64,000 bases of DNA from Chloroflexota bacterium (lineage in GTDB: Bacteria; Chloroflexota; Anaerolineae; Aggregatilineales; Phototrophicaceae). The position numbers and the translations under genes were made by a program. The notes below the pieces were generated by a model that had not been told where the DNA came from, searched no databases, and was given only the letters and a program-made list of their open reading frames with translations. The stretch is taken from positions 12,137-76,136 of the forward strand of contig JAPOWK010000093.1 of the NCBI GenBank assembly GCA_026707665.1, in the 5' to 3' direction. Shown here piece by piece: positions 35,414-45,320 of this stretch (its first letter is position 1; each line of letters opens with the position of its first letter).

Positions 35414-35695
35414 ATGTCTGAATACGTCACGGTGGAGGTAGAATACGGCGACGACCCAAATGTCGCTGATCTTTACGTCAATCAGACGCTAACGGATGTA
35501 GAGGAAGAACGATATCTGAATCCGCAGGAGGGCGATTCCGGCTCGCCAATCGCGCAGTTGCTCTTCGGGGCGGTAGACGGCATCGAGATGCTGACTATTG
35601 AAAGCGACCGCCTTACGATAACGCGCGCGCCCGACCACCCCTGGGAAGCCATCATCGACGAAACGCGCGACGCCCTGCGCGACTGGTTCTTGTAA
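35414..35695 (+). CDS. Small acidic hypothetical protein (tentatively Nfu/NifU N-terminal-like)
   Basis: 93 aa. SPIAQLLFGAVDGIEMLTIESDRLTITR resembles the Nfu_N pattern. Assignment is weak. Confidence 0.35.
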   Translation: MSEYVTVEVEYGDDPNVADLYVNQTLTDVEEERYLNPQEGDSGSPIAQLLFGAVDGIEMLTIESDRLTITRAPDHPWEAIIDETRDALRDWFL

Positions 35696-35697
35696 TC

Positions 35698-36015
35698 TCA
35701 AACGCTATCGGCCGGATCAATCGTTGGCGAGCCTGAGCCGGCAGCGCCGGCCCCCGGTCCCGCGCCAACTTGCTTGAACATTTCATCCACCTGCCTGGTT
35801 TCGCCCGATTCCAAAACCGAGAGCATCTCCCTTGAAGACAGTTTGCGATAGTCCCGGCCGGATTTGGGAATCGCCACTTGCGTGATTAATCGCGTCAGCT
35901 CGCCCGCCTCGCATTCGGGGCAGCGCAGCGCCGCCACATCGTAGGAGGCGTAGGTTTTGAAGCGAAGGGAGAAGCGATGCTCGCAGCAATCGCAACGAAA
36001 ATCGTACTCAGGCAT
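35698..36015 (-). CDS. FmdB-family zinc-ribbon protein
   Basis: MPEYDFRCDCCEHRF...LRCPECEAGELTRLI (CxxC...CxxC). Confidence 0.7.
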   Translation of the reverse strand: MPEYDFRCDCCEHRFSLRFKTYASYDVAALRCPECEAGELTRLITQVAIPKSGRDYRKLSSREMLSVLESGETRQVDEMFKQVGAGPGAGAAGSGSPTIDPADSV

Positions 36016-36037
36016 GACTTGCGAAATGTCCTTGCTT

Positions 36038-36967
36038 CTAATTGGAATCGCGCCGCGAGCGGGCTTGCGCCACGCGCCGCTGCATCGCCTCGGTGTGGCT
36101 CATGTCCGGATTCCACTCGTCGGGCAGCGCATCCCGTTGCCTGGTGGCGATCCAGCCGCCCAAGTCCCGAGCGATGCGCTCCAGCATTTTGGGCTGCGCC
36201 CAGGTCGCCGTATCCACTTGCACCGCAATCGCCCCCGCCTCGATATAGTCGCGCGCGTCCTGCGGCGAATGGATGCCGCCCGATGCTATGATCGGAAGCT
36301 CAGCGGGGAGCTGACGCCGCAGCCGGCCAACCAGGCGCAGAATCATCGGCTTGATCAGCGGACCGTACAGCCGCCCGCTAACGAGCCTTCCCGTATGTCG
36401 ATCGCGAGCGGTCCCGCGCGGCGGCGCCGTCAACACCAGCGCGTCCGCTCCGGCATCCGCGATTGGCAATGCCAACTGATAAGCCTCGTAGAATGGCAAT
36501 CGCGCCAGCAATGGCTTTTCCATTCGCGCCGCTTCCGCCACCAAATGGACAGCGTCGGCTTCGTGTATGTCATCGCGCAAACCGAGTTCGACGGCGGCAA
36601 TCTCATCTACGTCGTCGATTAATTCGACTGCCCGTCTCATTTGCCTTACCGAGGACGCGACCAGGTGCAAGATGACTGGTATCGGCATGCCCCCCCAGGT
36701 ACGGCGATTCCGGCTGATGACCTTCGCCAGCCCGGGATTGGGGAGGCCGGTATGAAGCAAGACCCCGGCATCGAGCGAGATAACGCGCGTGCCTGCGGCC
36801 GGGCTCCAGGGTTCAATCGTCGCCGGATTGGTCACGATGGCGCCCAGCTTTTCAAAGTCGATCAGCGCGCGGTAGCGGTCGCCAAAGCCGACTGTCCCGG
36901 CGGCCGGCATAACCGGCGTCGAAACGATCAAACTGGTCTTTCCCGGGCGTACAATTTCGATTGCCAT
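36038..36967 (-). CDS. Dihydroorotate-dehydrogenase-like TIM-barrel flavoprotein (atypical; no Cys)
   Basis: PVMPAAGTVGFG, HTGLPNPGL and IIASGGIHSPQDARDYIEAGAIAVQV match the class-1 DHOD fold order. The catalytic-loop position reads ELGLRDD. Confidence 0.55.
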   Translation of the reverse strand: MAIEIVRPGKTSLIVSTPVMPAAGTVGFGDRYRALIDFEKLGAIVTNPATIEPWSPAAGTRVISLDAGVLLHTGLPNPGLAKVISRNRRTWGGMPIPVILHLVASSVRQMRRAVELIDDVDEIAAVELGLRDDIHEADAVHLVAEAARMEKPLLARLPFYEAYQLALPIADAGADALVLTAPPRGTARDRHTGRLVSGRLYGPLIKPMILRLVGRLRRQLPAELPIIASGGIHSPQDARDYIEAGAIAVQVDTATWAQPKMLERIARDLGGWIATRQRDALPDEWNPDMSHTEAMQRRVAQARSRRDSN

Positions 36968-36982
36968 CAGCAGCCTGCCGGG

Positions 36983-37741
36983 CTAATTCAATCGCAAGTC
37001 GGTCAAATCAAAAGCGGGACCGTCCACACATGCCAGCTTCTGCGCGCCGCGCAGGTTAATCGCGCAGGCATGGCAGGCGCCGACACCGCAGGGCAGATCG
37101 CGCTGTACGACAGCAAAGGCGTAGTTCGTCGGCATGTCGGCCTGTCGTTCGCGCATCAGCCGCGCGACGTCGCGATAATAGCCCATTTCGTCTCCTTGCC
37201 CGACCACGACAAATACTTGATCAGCCCAGCCCAAGGTCATCACCATATCGGGCCAAGTCAGATTGTCGTCCGCCTCGATGACCTCGACTTCCTCAGACAA
37301 ATGACTCGCTTCGTATTCCCTGGCTGACCCCATCAGGACCAGGGTTATGCCAACCTGCTTCGCCAAGAGTGGCGGCAACATCAGCAGCAGCGCCGCTGGC
37401 GTAGTATCATAGGCAATGAGCAGGATATTGCGCAGATTTTGGCGGAATTTAAATGGCCTGCCGACCGGACCGATAATGCTTAGCAGTTGGCCCGGTAGGT
37501 AATGAGCGCGGGCGGGGCGCTCCACGATGACGATATTACGCGCCAGGATTTCTACCGGGAACCAGAGCTCGCGCAGATAGGGGTCCCATTGTTCGGAATC
37601 ATAGTCCTTGTCGATGCGGCGCACAAGCAAAGCTTGCCCGGCGAACATCGCCGAAAGCGATTGGTCCACCGCCAGTTCCAGCCGCTGATACCCTCGATTG
37701 ACTCGCTTGATCCGCTCAATGTACGCTTGTGTCTCTCTCAT
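36983..37741 (-). CDS. PyrK-like electron-transfer subunit (FAD / 2Fe-2S)
   Basis: C-terminal CGVGACHACAI...CVDGPAFD cluster motif. It sits 15 nt upstream of the DHOD-like gene. Confidence 0.6.
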   Translation of the reverse strand: MRETQAYIERIKRVNRGYQRLELAVDQSLSAMFAGQALLVRRIDKDYDSEQWDPYLRELWFPVEILARNIVIVERPARAHYLPGQLLSIIGPVGRPFKFRQNLRNILLIAYDTTPAALLLMLPPLLAKQVGITLVLMGSAREYEASHLSEEVEVIEADDNLTWPDMVMTLGWADQVFVVVGQGDEMGYYRDVARLMRERQADMPTNYAFAVVQRDLPCGVGACHACAINLRGAQKLACVDGPAFDLTDLRLN

Positions 37742-37935
37742 TCGCCGTCTCCCTCTTGATCAATTATAGTCGGATTGAAGGAAGGCAACAGAACAAACGA
37801 TGATGGATAAGCGCCGGTCAGGTTGTAATATATGGGTAGAAAGGAGCCTAATAGGCCAGCCGGGATTATGGATCGTTTCCGGGGTTAGTCCCGGCTGACT
37901 CATTTATATCTCCGGCAGTCTCAACGGGAGTTGGC

Positions 37936-39318
37936 TTGACGTCAATACGAATTGAGGGGCGCGGCGCTTGGCTGCTGACGGCTATCCTGCTGCTTGGCTT
38001 TGTTTTGCGCGTCGCCTATGCGCTGGGGCAGCCGACGCTGGAACAGTATACCGGCGCCACCGGTGGCGATAGCAGCGGTTATCTGGCCAATGGTGCGGGT
38101 TTCTTCAGCGGAAAGGAACACGGCTGGATCCGCGACATCCCCTTCTATAACTCCAATCTGAAGCCAGCGCCCTTGTACGTTATTTTTGTCGGCGTCTTTC
38201 AGGTCTTCCTGCCCGATCACGAGGCGATCATCGCCATTCGCCTGGTCCAGTGCCTGGCCTCAATCGCGACCGTGTATCTGGCGTTTCGCCTGGCGTCGAT
38301 CATCGCAGGCAAGGAGCGCGCCGGTCTTATCGCCGCATCGCTATTGGCCTTGCATCCCGCCTTCGTCGCCGAACCGGCGCAGATTGGCACGGAGACGTTG
38401 TACATATTCTTCCTCGCGCTCGGTCTTTGGCTCTACGTAGAGTATATCGCCGGGCTTGTCGCTGGCTGGCGGCGCCAGCGAATCGGCGCAGCAAGCGTGC
38501 TGGCTCTGTCGGCGGCCGCCTTCGGCCTGGCGACCTTGACGCGAGGCGTGTCGGCACTCTTCCCCGTCGTCCTGCTTCTCCATCTCATTTTGCTGAGCCG
38601 CCGCCAAGTCTTGCGCGGCTGGCGCAGTCGTGCTTTGCTCTTGCTCATCGTGTACGCGGCGGTTGTGTCCACCTGGACCGTCTACAATCTCGTAAGCTGG
38701 AATCGCTTCATCATCGTTAGCGACCAGATGATGGGCGCCTTGTGGCGCGGCGCGGAGCGCAACGATGGCGCGCCGGAGCATAATGACCGGCTGCTGCTGG
38801 AAGGCGTAGAAGTCAACACACCCCCGGGTTGCGTAGTCGACTGCAAATATAATCACGCAACCGAAACTTACGTCAGCAAGATTGCCGCCATTGTAAGCGC
38901 GGATCCGCGAGGCTATCTGGTTCTCCGCGTTGAAGAACTTGCCTATTCCATTCTGCAGCCCTACGGGACGACCCCATTCGGCGATATCAGCGTAGTCGGC
39001 GCCGGACGCCATTGGCTGTTCGAGGATCGATCGCTTCAAGGATTTGCCCAGGTGCTTCAGATTGAAGGCTTCGCCATCAAATTGATGTTCTGGGTCTTCC
39101 ACTATGTCGGCATCGGCTTCGGCCTTCTTGGCATGGTCTGGACGCGCAGGCCTTGGGTCATGGCGGCGCCGCTCACGGCCTTCCTGGCTTACACAGTCGC
39201 CGTTCATTTCTTTCTGCTGGCGCTGCCGCGCTACCTTTTTCCCGTCGAGTTGGTCTGGATCGTATTTGCCGCTATCGCGCTGGGGGAGCTCTTTGAACGG
39301 CGAGCGAGACGGCTATGA
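37936..39318 (+). CDS. GT39/ArnT-like polytopic glycosyltransferase
   Basis: Roughly 11 or more hydrophobic segments. The N-terminal layout (RVAYALGQP...GGDSSGYL, loop, PLYVIFVG) is typical of PMT_2/ArnT-like enzymes. Confidence 0.6.
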   Translation: MTSIRIEGRGAWLLTAILLLGFVLRVAYALGQPTLEQYTGATGGDSSGYLANGAGFFSGKEHGWIRDIPFYNSNLKPAPLYVIFVGVFQVFLPDHEAIIAIRLVQCLASIATVYLAFRLASIIAGKERAGLIAASLLALHPAFVAEPAQIGTETLYIFFLALGLWLYVEYIAGLVAGWRRQRIGAASVLALSAAAFGLATLTRGVSALFPVVLLLHLILLSRRQVLRGWRSRALLLLIVYAAVVSTWTVYNLVSWNRFIIVSDQMMGALWRGAERNDGAPEHNDRLLLEGVEVNTPPGCVVDCKYNHATETYVSKIAAIVSADPRGYLVLRVEELAYSILQPYGTTPFGDISVVGAGRHWLFEDRSLQGFAQVLQIEGFAIKLMFWVFHYVGIGFGLLGMVWTRRPWVMAAPLTAFLAYTVAVHFFLLALPRYLFPVELVWIVFAAIALGELFERRARRL

Positions 39319-39398
39319 GGCTCGCCATCGTTGGCGCCAAATCTCGATAGACGGTTTGTAAGCACCGCAAGACGCCGGACCGCGACAAGGGGAATGCG

Positions 39399-39944
39399 AT
39401 GAAAATCTACACCAGGACGGGCGACGCTGGCGGGACCTCCCTGTTCGCTGGCGGCCGCGTACCCAAGCACCATGCGCGCGTCGAAGCCTACGGCACGATC
39501 GACGAACTCAATTCAGTCTTGGGCGTGGCGCGCGCGGCAGAGCCGAGCCGGCAGGTGGACGCCTGGCTGGAAAAAGCGCAGCATCAACTCTTCCATCTAG
39601 GGGCGGACCTGGCGACGCCGCTCGATGCCAAGGCCGATTGGATCACGCGCGTTTCCAAAGCGGACGTCGAATGGTTAGAACGGTCGATTGACCAAATGAG
39701 CGAAGCTTTGGCGCCGCTTAGCAACTTCATCCTGCCTGGCGGGACTACAGCCGCCGCCCAGCTTCAGCTAGCGCGAGCCGTCTGCCGCCGCGCCGAGCGC
39801 CTCATTGTCGCACTCGCGGAAAGCCAGGACATTAGCGAGCAAGCGCTGCCCTATATCAATCGACTCTCGGACTGGCTCTTCACACTGGCGCGTTATGAAA
39901 ACATGATAGCGAACGAACCAGAGTCCAAGTGGAGCCTTCGCTGA
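39399..39944 (+). CDS. PduO-type ATP:cob(I)alamin adenosyltransferase
   Basis: MKIYTRTGDAGGTSLFAGGRVPKHHARVEAYGTIDELNS. Confidence 0.85.
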   Translation: MKIYTRTGDAGGTSLFAGGRVPKHHARVEAYGTIDELNSVLGVARAAEPSRQVDAWLEKAQHQLFHLGADLATPLDAKADWITRVSKADVEWLERSIDQMSEALAPLSNFILPGGTTAAAQLQLARAVCRRAERLIVALAESQDISEQALPYINRLSDWLFTLARYENMIANEPESKWSLR

Positions 39945-39980
39945 TTGTTCTGGCTTGAGGACTTTCGATGGAGAGGGAGG

Positions 39981-40062
39981 TGCCGGAGGTGGGAGTCGAA
40001 CCCACACACCCGAAGGTACACGAGTTTGAGTCGTGCGCGTCTGCCAATTCCGCCACTCCGGC
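39981..40062 (-). tRNA. tRNA-Leu (anticodon CAA)
   Basis: The reverse complement GCCGGAGTGGCGGAATTGGCAGACGCGCACGACTCAAACTCGTGTACCTTCGGGTGTGTGGGTTCGACTCCCACCTCCGGCA folds as a cloverleaf with a long variable arm. The anticodon loop is CUCAAAC. Confidence 0.85.
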
Positions 40063-40131
40063 GCACCCTGTGGTAGTGTATTTTGGCTCTCGCCGATTGT
40101 CAATGGCATTGCCATTGGCGCTGGAGCCTAG

Positions 40132-40635
40132 ATGACGCGAATCGCGAATTACTGCGCTATCTGCGGCGGATTGCTGCAAAGCGAAATGGTATCGGGACGG
40201 ATAAGACCCTTTTGTTCGCGCTGCGACATGCCGGTCTACTTCGATCCTAAAGTCGCTGTGGTGGTCTTCATTGAACTCGATGAACGCGTCCTGCTGATCC
40301 GGCGGGCAGTCGATCCGGGAAAAGGAAAATGGGCGCTGCCGGCCGGGTTCGTCGATTACGACGAAGCGCCGGAAGCGGCGGCGCGGCGCGAAACACTGGA
40401 AGAAACGCATCTTCAAGTGCGTATCGACAAGCTGCTTGCCGTCTTCCCCAAGCGCGATCACGGCTTGGCCGACATTGTTATTGCTTATAGCGCTAAAGTC
40501 CTGGATGGCGAACTACAGGCTGGCGATGACGCCGCGGCTGTCGGCTTTTTCGCGCGCGGCAATCTCCCGCCGCTCGTTTTCTATCCCTCAATTACACTGA
40601 CGCGCCTCTGGTCCCAGGGCAAGCTAGAGCTCTGA
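40132..40635 (+). CDS. NUDIX hydrolase with N-terminal zinc ribbon
   Basis: CAICGG...CSRCD followed by the Nudix box GKWALPAGFVDYDEAPEAAARRETLEETHL. Confidence 0.8.
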   Translation: MTRIANYCAICGGLLQSEMVSGRIRPFCSRCDMPVYFDPKVAVVVFIELDERVLLIRRAVDPGKGKWALPAGFVDYDEAPEAAARRETLEETHLQVRIDKLLAVFPKRDHGLADIVIAYSAKVLDGELQAGDDAAAVGFFARGNLPPLVFYPSITLTRLWSQGKLEL

Positions 40636-40644
40636 CGAAAGCCC

Positions 40645-41829
40645 TTAGTCGCCTTTCGGCTGGATTCCCACCAGCTTCATAATTCGCGAGGCGAAAGCCA
40701 GGATATAGCTGTAAAAAATGGACGCGCTGACGCGGGTGGCGTTGCGGCCGTCATCGAGCGATCGGTAAATCGCGCGCGCTTGAGCGAATTGTCGGCGCGC
40801 GCCTTCAAAGTCCCAGCGCGACTGATAGACTGACCCCAGCGCAAAGAGATAACGCGCTTCATAGGCTGGATTGGCGACTTCACGCGCCGCATCTACCGCT
40901 CGTCCAAAATAGGCGGTGGCGATATCGAGCTTTCCTCTAAGCTCATGCCACTGCCCGAGCATGCCCAGCGTATACATTTCGTATGGCTTGTGCTCGACAT
41001 CTTGTGACAGCGCCAGCATCTGGTCGAAATAATTGCGGGCATCGTCGAAGTCATTTGCCGCCAGCATCGTGATCGCCAGGGAGTAGAGGCGCATGAATTC
41101 ATGAAATATCGCCTCCATGCCGCGCGCCACTTCCAGGGCGGTTAGCTGCTGCTCGATACCGCGCTGAAATGTATCGCTGTCTTGCGCCAGAACCATGCCC
41201 TGCTGGCCGATAATGAGGCTCTCGAGCAGGCGATCATGGGTCGACTGCGCCTTGCGAAGCGCCACCAACAAGCCATCGCTGGCTTTTTTGTATTCTGACT
41301 GGCGAATGAAGGCGTTCGACAGCAAGAGAATCGCCCGCGCCTCCATCTGGGCGTCATTGGCTTCGCGCGCGATATCAATCACGCGCCAGGCGTGCTTGTT
41401 GGAATCGGACGGATTGGCGGCGATCTCGCCCATGCCAAGCAGCGACTTCCCGTAGCGCCGCATATCGCCCGCTTCAAAGGCGAGGTCTACCGCGCGGCGA
41501 TAATCTTCATGGGCTTCCGTAGTCTGGAAAAAGCCTTCCCGCGCGACTCGAGCCCGTACATGCAACGCATCAACCGTCAGGCTGACTGAGCGGATATCCT
41601 CCGCTCGCTCCAGAGCCTGCCCGACATAATCACGGGCGAAGCCAAAATGACCGAGCGACGTCTGCGCTTCAGCCAAGCCGAGCAGCGCGATCACCTCCAC
41701 ACTGCCCCGGTTCTCGCGCCGCGCCAATGTCAGCTCCACATGGCAGCGATCGACGATTTCGTTGAACGCGCCTGATTTCATCAGTTCCTTGATGTCGTAA
41801 CGCAAGCTGTCTGTCTTGGTCGGCATCAC
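40645..41829 (-). CDS. Tetratricopeptide-repeat protein
   Basis: Repeated A..Y...AL.....G....A pattern along the whole protein. Confidence 0.55.
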   Translation of the reverse strand: MMPTKTDSLRYDIKELMKSGAFNEIVDRCHVELTLARRENRGSVEVIALLGLAEAQTSLGHFGFARDYVGQALERAEDIRSVSLTVDALHVRARVAREGFFQTTEAHEDYRRAVDLAFEAGDMRRYGKSLLGMGEIAANPSDSNKHAWRVIDIAREANDAQMEARAILLLSNAFIRQSEYKKASDGLLVALRKAQSTHDRLLESLIIGQQGMVLAQDSDTFQRGIEQQLTALEVARGMEAIFHEFMRLYSLAITMLAANDFDDARNYFDQMLALSQDVEHKPYEMYTLGMLGQWHELRGKLDIATAYFGRAVDAAREVANPAYEARYLFALGSVYQSRWDFEGARRQFAQARAIYRSLDDGRNATRVSASIFYSYILAFASRIMKLVGIQPKGD

Positions 41830-41914
41830 GTTCCCGCCTCAATATGGAGCCCTCATCAATCATTATACGCCATTGAGTCTAAAATGATTCGCGCCTGGCG
41901 CCAGTGGAACTCAT

Positions 41915-42892
41915 TCAGCGATCGGCAGACGCGCCCTTCCCCGTCAATCGCCGCATTCGGTGAATTAGCGCCAGCGTCCAATCCAGCGACGCCGGCGGCA
42001 GATAGCGCGTGTAGAAAGCATAAAGGCGGCGCTGCCTGGCCAAGGGCGGGTAGATGCGGGCCGCACGTAGAAAATGACGCCGTGCGTCCTCACGTTCACC
42101 CGCCCGCCACAAATACAGCGCATAAACATGATGTCTGGCCGCCTCCAGCTGATCGAACTCCGCCGCCGTCATGCAACGCTCCCAGCCATGCCGACGCGCC
42201 TTCTGTATCGTCTTCAAGCGCCCATAAGCGCCAGCGAGCTTGTCGTCAGAGATCATGCCGCTATGCACCCGCCGGTACACTAGCGGCTCGTCAATGCCAT
42301 GAAAGCGAAAGCGCAGCGCCAGACGCAAAAAGAGATCCCAGTCTTCGGCGCTGCGGAACTTGACATCATCGGCAAAGCCGCCAACGGCGCGCAAGGCGGC
42401 GCTGCGGAACATGCTGGAGCTGGTCAAGATGCGGCAGCCGGTCTGCCGCAAAAGCTCGCAATAGACTTCGTCGGAATATCCTTCGAATGGACCCGTCGAT
42501 ACTGGCGTCGAGCCGTCGCCTGCCACCTGCTGATAGTGCGTGTAGATGACCGAAACATCCGGTTGCCGGCGGAAAACTTCCAAGCCAATCTCTATCTTGC
42601 GTTCATGCAGCTGGTCATCGGCATCGAGAAAATGAATGATCTCTCCGACCGCCACATCTACGCCGCGATTGCGAGCGATGCCCGGACCCTGATTGTCCTG
42701 ATAAACATAACGAACGCGATCGCCGTAGCGCCCTTGCAGATAGCTTTCGGTGCCATCGCTGCTGCCATCGTCAACGACGATAATCTCGCAGTTGCCGTAG
42801 GTCTGAGCCAGGCAGCTTTCAATGGCGTCGGCGACGAACTGCCGGCGATTGTACGTCGGAATAACGATGCTGACTAAGGGATTGCTTTGCAT
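41915..42892 (-). CDS. Family 2 glycosyltransferase
   Basis: VSIVIPTYNRRQFVADAIESCLAQTY...IIVVDDGSSDGT...FLDADD. Confidence 0.8.
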   Translation of the reverse strand: MQSNPLVSIVIPTYNRRQFVADAIESCLAQTYGNCEIIVVDDGSSDGTESYLQGRYGDRVRYVYQDNQGPGIARNRGVDVAVGEIIHFLDADDQLHERKIEIGLEVFRRQPDVSVIYTHYQQVAGDGSTPVSTGPFEGYSDEVYCELLRQTGCRILTSSSMFRSAALRAVGGFADDVKFRSAEDWDLFLRLALRFRFHGIDEPLVYRRVHSGMISDDKLAGAYGRLKTIQKARRHGWERCMTAAEFDQLEAARHHVYALYLWRAGEREDARRHFLRAARIYPPLARQRRLYAFYTRYLPPASLDWTLALIHRMRRLTGKGASADR

Positions 42893-42968
42893 AGGCCTTT
42901 AAGATTTCCGCAGAGATGCGACTGTCATACTGGAGTTGAGCCAGTTGAAGCGCAATAGCGTTCGCAAA

Positions 42969-45320
42969 TTAGAATTCGCTTACCGTCGAATTGCCATCAA
43001 TCTTGGCGGCGATCCAGCCGACGACGAAGTTAGCCGTTTGCACCCTCCACCATTCGTAGCGACTCTCACGATAGGGGCCGGCGAGGATTGCAACATAATC
43101 CCCGGTCTCCAATCTACCGATAACGGGGCTATTCGTGCTGGGATCCTGGCGAATGTTCATGTTCCGCGCAAGCCGCAACTGCTGCCCCGGCAGATACTCC
43201 GCGCCCTCGATAACGCCGGCGGGAATTGTCGATGATGCGAATCCGAATCCGCCAGCGCTGAACTGCGGATCGCTCAGTTGGTCGGTGGCATCCTTGACGC
43301 CGCCGCCGTCGACCTGTACCGCGTATTGCCGGCCCTGCACGGAAACGACTACCATGCTGCGATCGGGCAGCCAGCGAACATCTTCCGGCGGGGCGTGACC
43401 GATGAATCCGGAAATCTGCGTGCCAAACTGATCATAGAGCGCGACCGGTCCGCCGCCCGGCGCGCCCGGACGCCCCAAGGCGACGATCTGTCCATTGGGC
43501 CGGCGCACGGCATCGCGCAGCCACAGGCCCCGCGCGCTAGCGTCGAGTATGACGCGCTCGCCCGACAAATCGCTTTCTACTTCGGCGACAACAATGCGGC
43601 CATCGGGGCGGCGGCCGCTGACGATAATGCCCTGCCCGTTTAAATTCCAATGGCCGTAATCATAGCGTACGAAATGCGGCGCCCGGCTGGCTTGATGCTG
43701 AGATTGCTCGCGCACCGCTTGGGCGATTGCCAGGGCATTGCGGCTTTCTTCCGGCAATTCCACGGTGAGCAATACTGTATTGCTGCCCGGAATTGGCGAC
43801 CATGAGACCGCCCTCGTTTGCCACAGCCGCGCGTTGCTGGCATGGACAAAAGAACATGAATGGTAGCCCTCATTCGGACAGTCACGGATGATCGGATAGG
43901 TTGGATCATACTGAGTCACGTTCTGCGGCTGCCAGAACCAGACGCCGGCGTTGGCCGTGTCGGTGCCTGAGGGCGGCGCAATGCGAAAACTGAATTGCCG
44001 CCCGTCAGCCGACCAATCCAATTCAACGACGTAGTTCTTGTTCTCTTCGATGCTGGGCACGCGAAAGCCCGCGAAGAAGGGCGAAGTGCTCATCACGCCC
44101 TCTTGCGAAGCGCCGATGGGTCGGTAGCGCAGCAGGCCGGTGTGATCGGTTCGGATCCAACTGGCGCTATCGACCGGATTGGGCAGGAAAAGGCGAACGC
44201 CATCGCCCAACTGGATATTCTGGAACGTGAATAGCTGAGCCGGACCCACATTGTACTGATAGGCCGGCGCGCTATCGACGTTGAATGTCGACGCAAAGGA
44301 CACCAACGCGATTGTCGGCTGAATTAAATCCGGCTGGACCGCCACCGTCGGCTGGAAGCGCGTGGGCGAAGCTGTAGCAGTCTGCTCGCGTACGCCAACA
44401 TCGGCCGGTGCAGTCGCGTCGCTCGGCGTCGGCGAAGCAAGCGGCGTCGCTTCAGTCGTCGGACCAAGCGCCGCATCGGGCAATTGCACCGTCGGCGCGG
44501 CCGTCCAGGTGGCTGGCGCTGTCGGGCGCGGGGGCAGAGTCGCCAAGAGCCTCGCAACTTCAGTGTCGTCGACCGTAGGCAAGGCAGTAAAGGTCGGTTC
44601 AAATGACCGCTGCGAGATCACAATGATATCGCTCGTTGAGGTGGGCGCAGCCTCCTCCGCCCGCTGTGGCCGGCTTGGCTCTTCAGTTGGGATGGATGTG
44701 GCTCTTGGCGATGCTGTCGCTGTAGACGGCAAGCGCGTAGGCTGCTCCGTCGGCGTATGGGTGTTGGTAGCGGTCGGCGGCTCCGTTGCGCTTGCTCGCT
44801 CGGCGTCGGCTGCCAGCGGCGTATGCGTAGCTGTCAAGGTCGCTGTCGCTGCATCCGTCGCCCTAGGTCTGCTTGTGTCCGTGGCTGTTGCTGTGTTCGT
44901 CGCCGTCGGCTCGTCCGTATCGGATGCGCTTAGGGTAGCGGCTGCTGTCGCTGAAGCCGTCGCCGTCGGCTCGTCGGTATCGGTTGCGGCTAAGGTATCG
45001 GTCGCCGTCGCTGTTGCTGTGCTTGTCGCCTGTGGCTCGCCACTGTCTGTTGCTGTCGGGGTCGCAGTCGCCGATGCCGTTGATGACGCAGTCATGGTTG
45101 CAGCCACCGATCCGGTCGGCGTTGGCGTAATGCTTACGGTCTCAGCGGCTGTCGGCACGCCGGTGACATCGGTCGCTTCGGGCGAAACCGTTTCAATTGG
45201 CGCAAGCGTCAACGTGACATCGGGGCGACGCAATGTACAGGCGCCAGCGAACAACACCACGATGAGCAAAGCAAGACCAGCCCGAACGCGCAATAGCGAC
45301 TCCTGCGGCCTGATTTCCAA
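42969..45320 (-). CDS. Membrane-anchored or secreted protein with a Thr/Ala/Asp/Pro-rich low-complexity region and a C-terminal SH3b-like domain (783 aa)
   Basis: N-terminal anchor GLALLIVVLFAGAC. Residues ~60-330 are TA-rich with repeated DTDEPTAT units. The C-terminus NMNIRQDPSTNSPVIGRLETGDYVAILAG...WWRVQ is SH3b-like. Confidence 0.55.
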   Translation of the reverse strand: MEIRPQESLLRVRAGLALLIVVLFAGACTLRRPDVTLTLAPIETVSPEATDVTGVPTAAETVSITPTPTGSVAATMTASSTASATATPTATDSGEPQATSTATATATDTLAATDTDEPTATASATAAATLSASDTDEPTATNTATATDTSRPRATDAATATLTATHTPLAADAERASATEPPTATNTHTPTEQPTRLPSTATASPRATSIPTEEPSRPQRAEEAAPTSTSDIIVISQRSFEPTFTALPTVDDTEVARLLATLPPRPTAPATWTAAPTVQLPDAALGPTTEATPLASPTPSDATAPADVGVREQTATASPTRFQPTVAVQPDLIQPTIALVSFASTFNVDSAPAYQYNVGPAQLFTFQNIQLGDGVRLFLPNPVDSASWIRTDHTGLLRYRPIGASQEGVMSTSPFFAGFRVPSIEENKNYVVELDWSADGRQFSFRIAPPSGTDTANAGVWFWQPQNVTQYDPTYPIIRDCPNEGYHSCSFVHASNARLWQTRAVSWSPIPGSNTVLLTVELPEESRNALAIAQAVREQSQHQASRAPHFVRYDYGHWNLNGQGIIVSGRRPDGRIVVAEVESDLSGERVILDASARGLWLRDAVRRPNGQIVALGRPGAPGGGPVALYDQFGTQISGFIGHAPPEDVRWLPDRSMVVVSVQGRQYAVQVDGGGVKDATDQLSDPQFSAGGFGFASSTIPAGVIEGAEYLPGQQLRLARNMNIRQDPSTNSPVIGRLETGDYVAILAGPYRESRYEWWRVQTANFVVGWIAAKIDGNSTVSEF

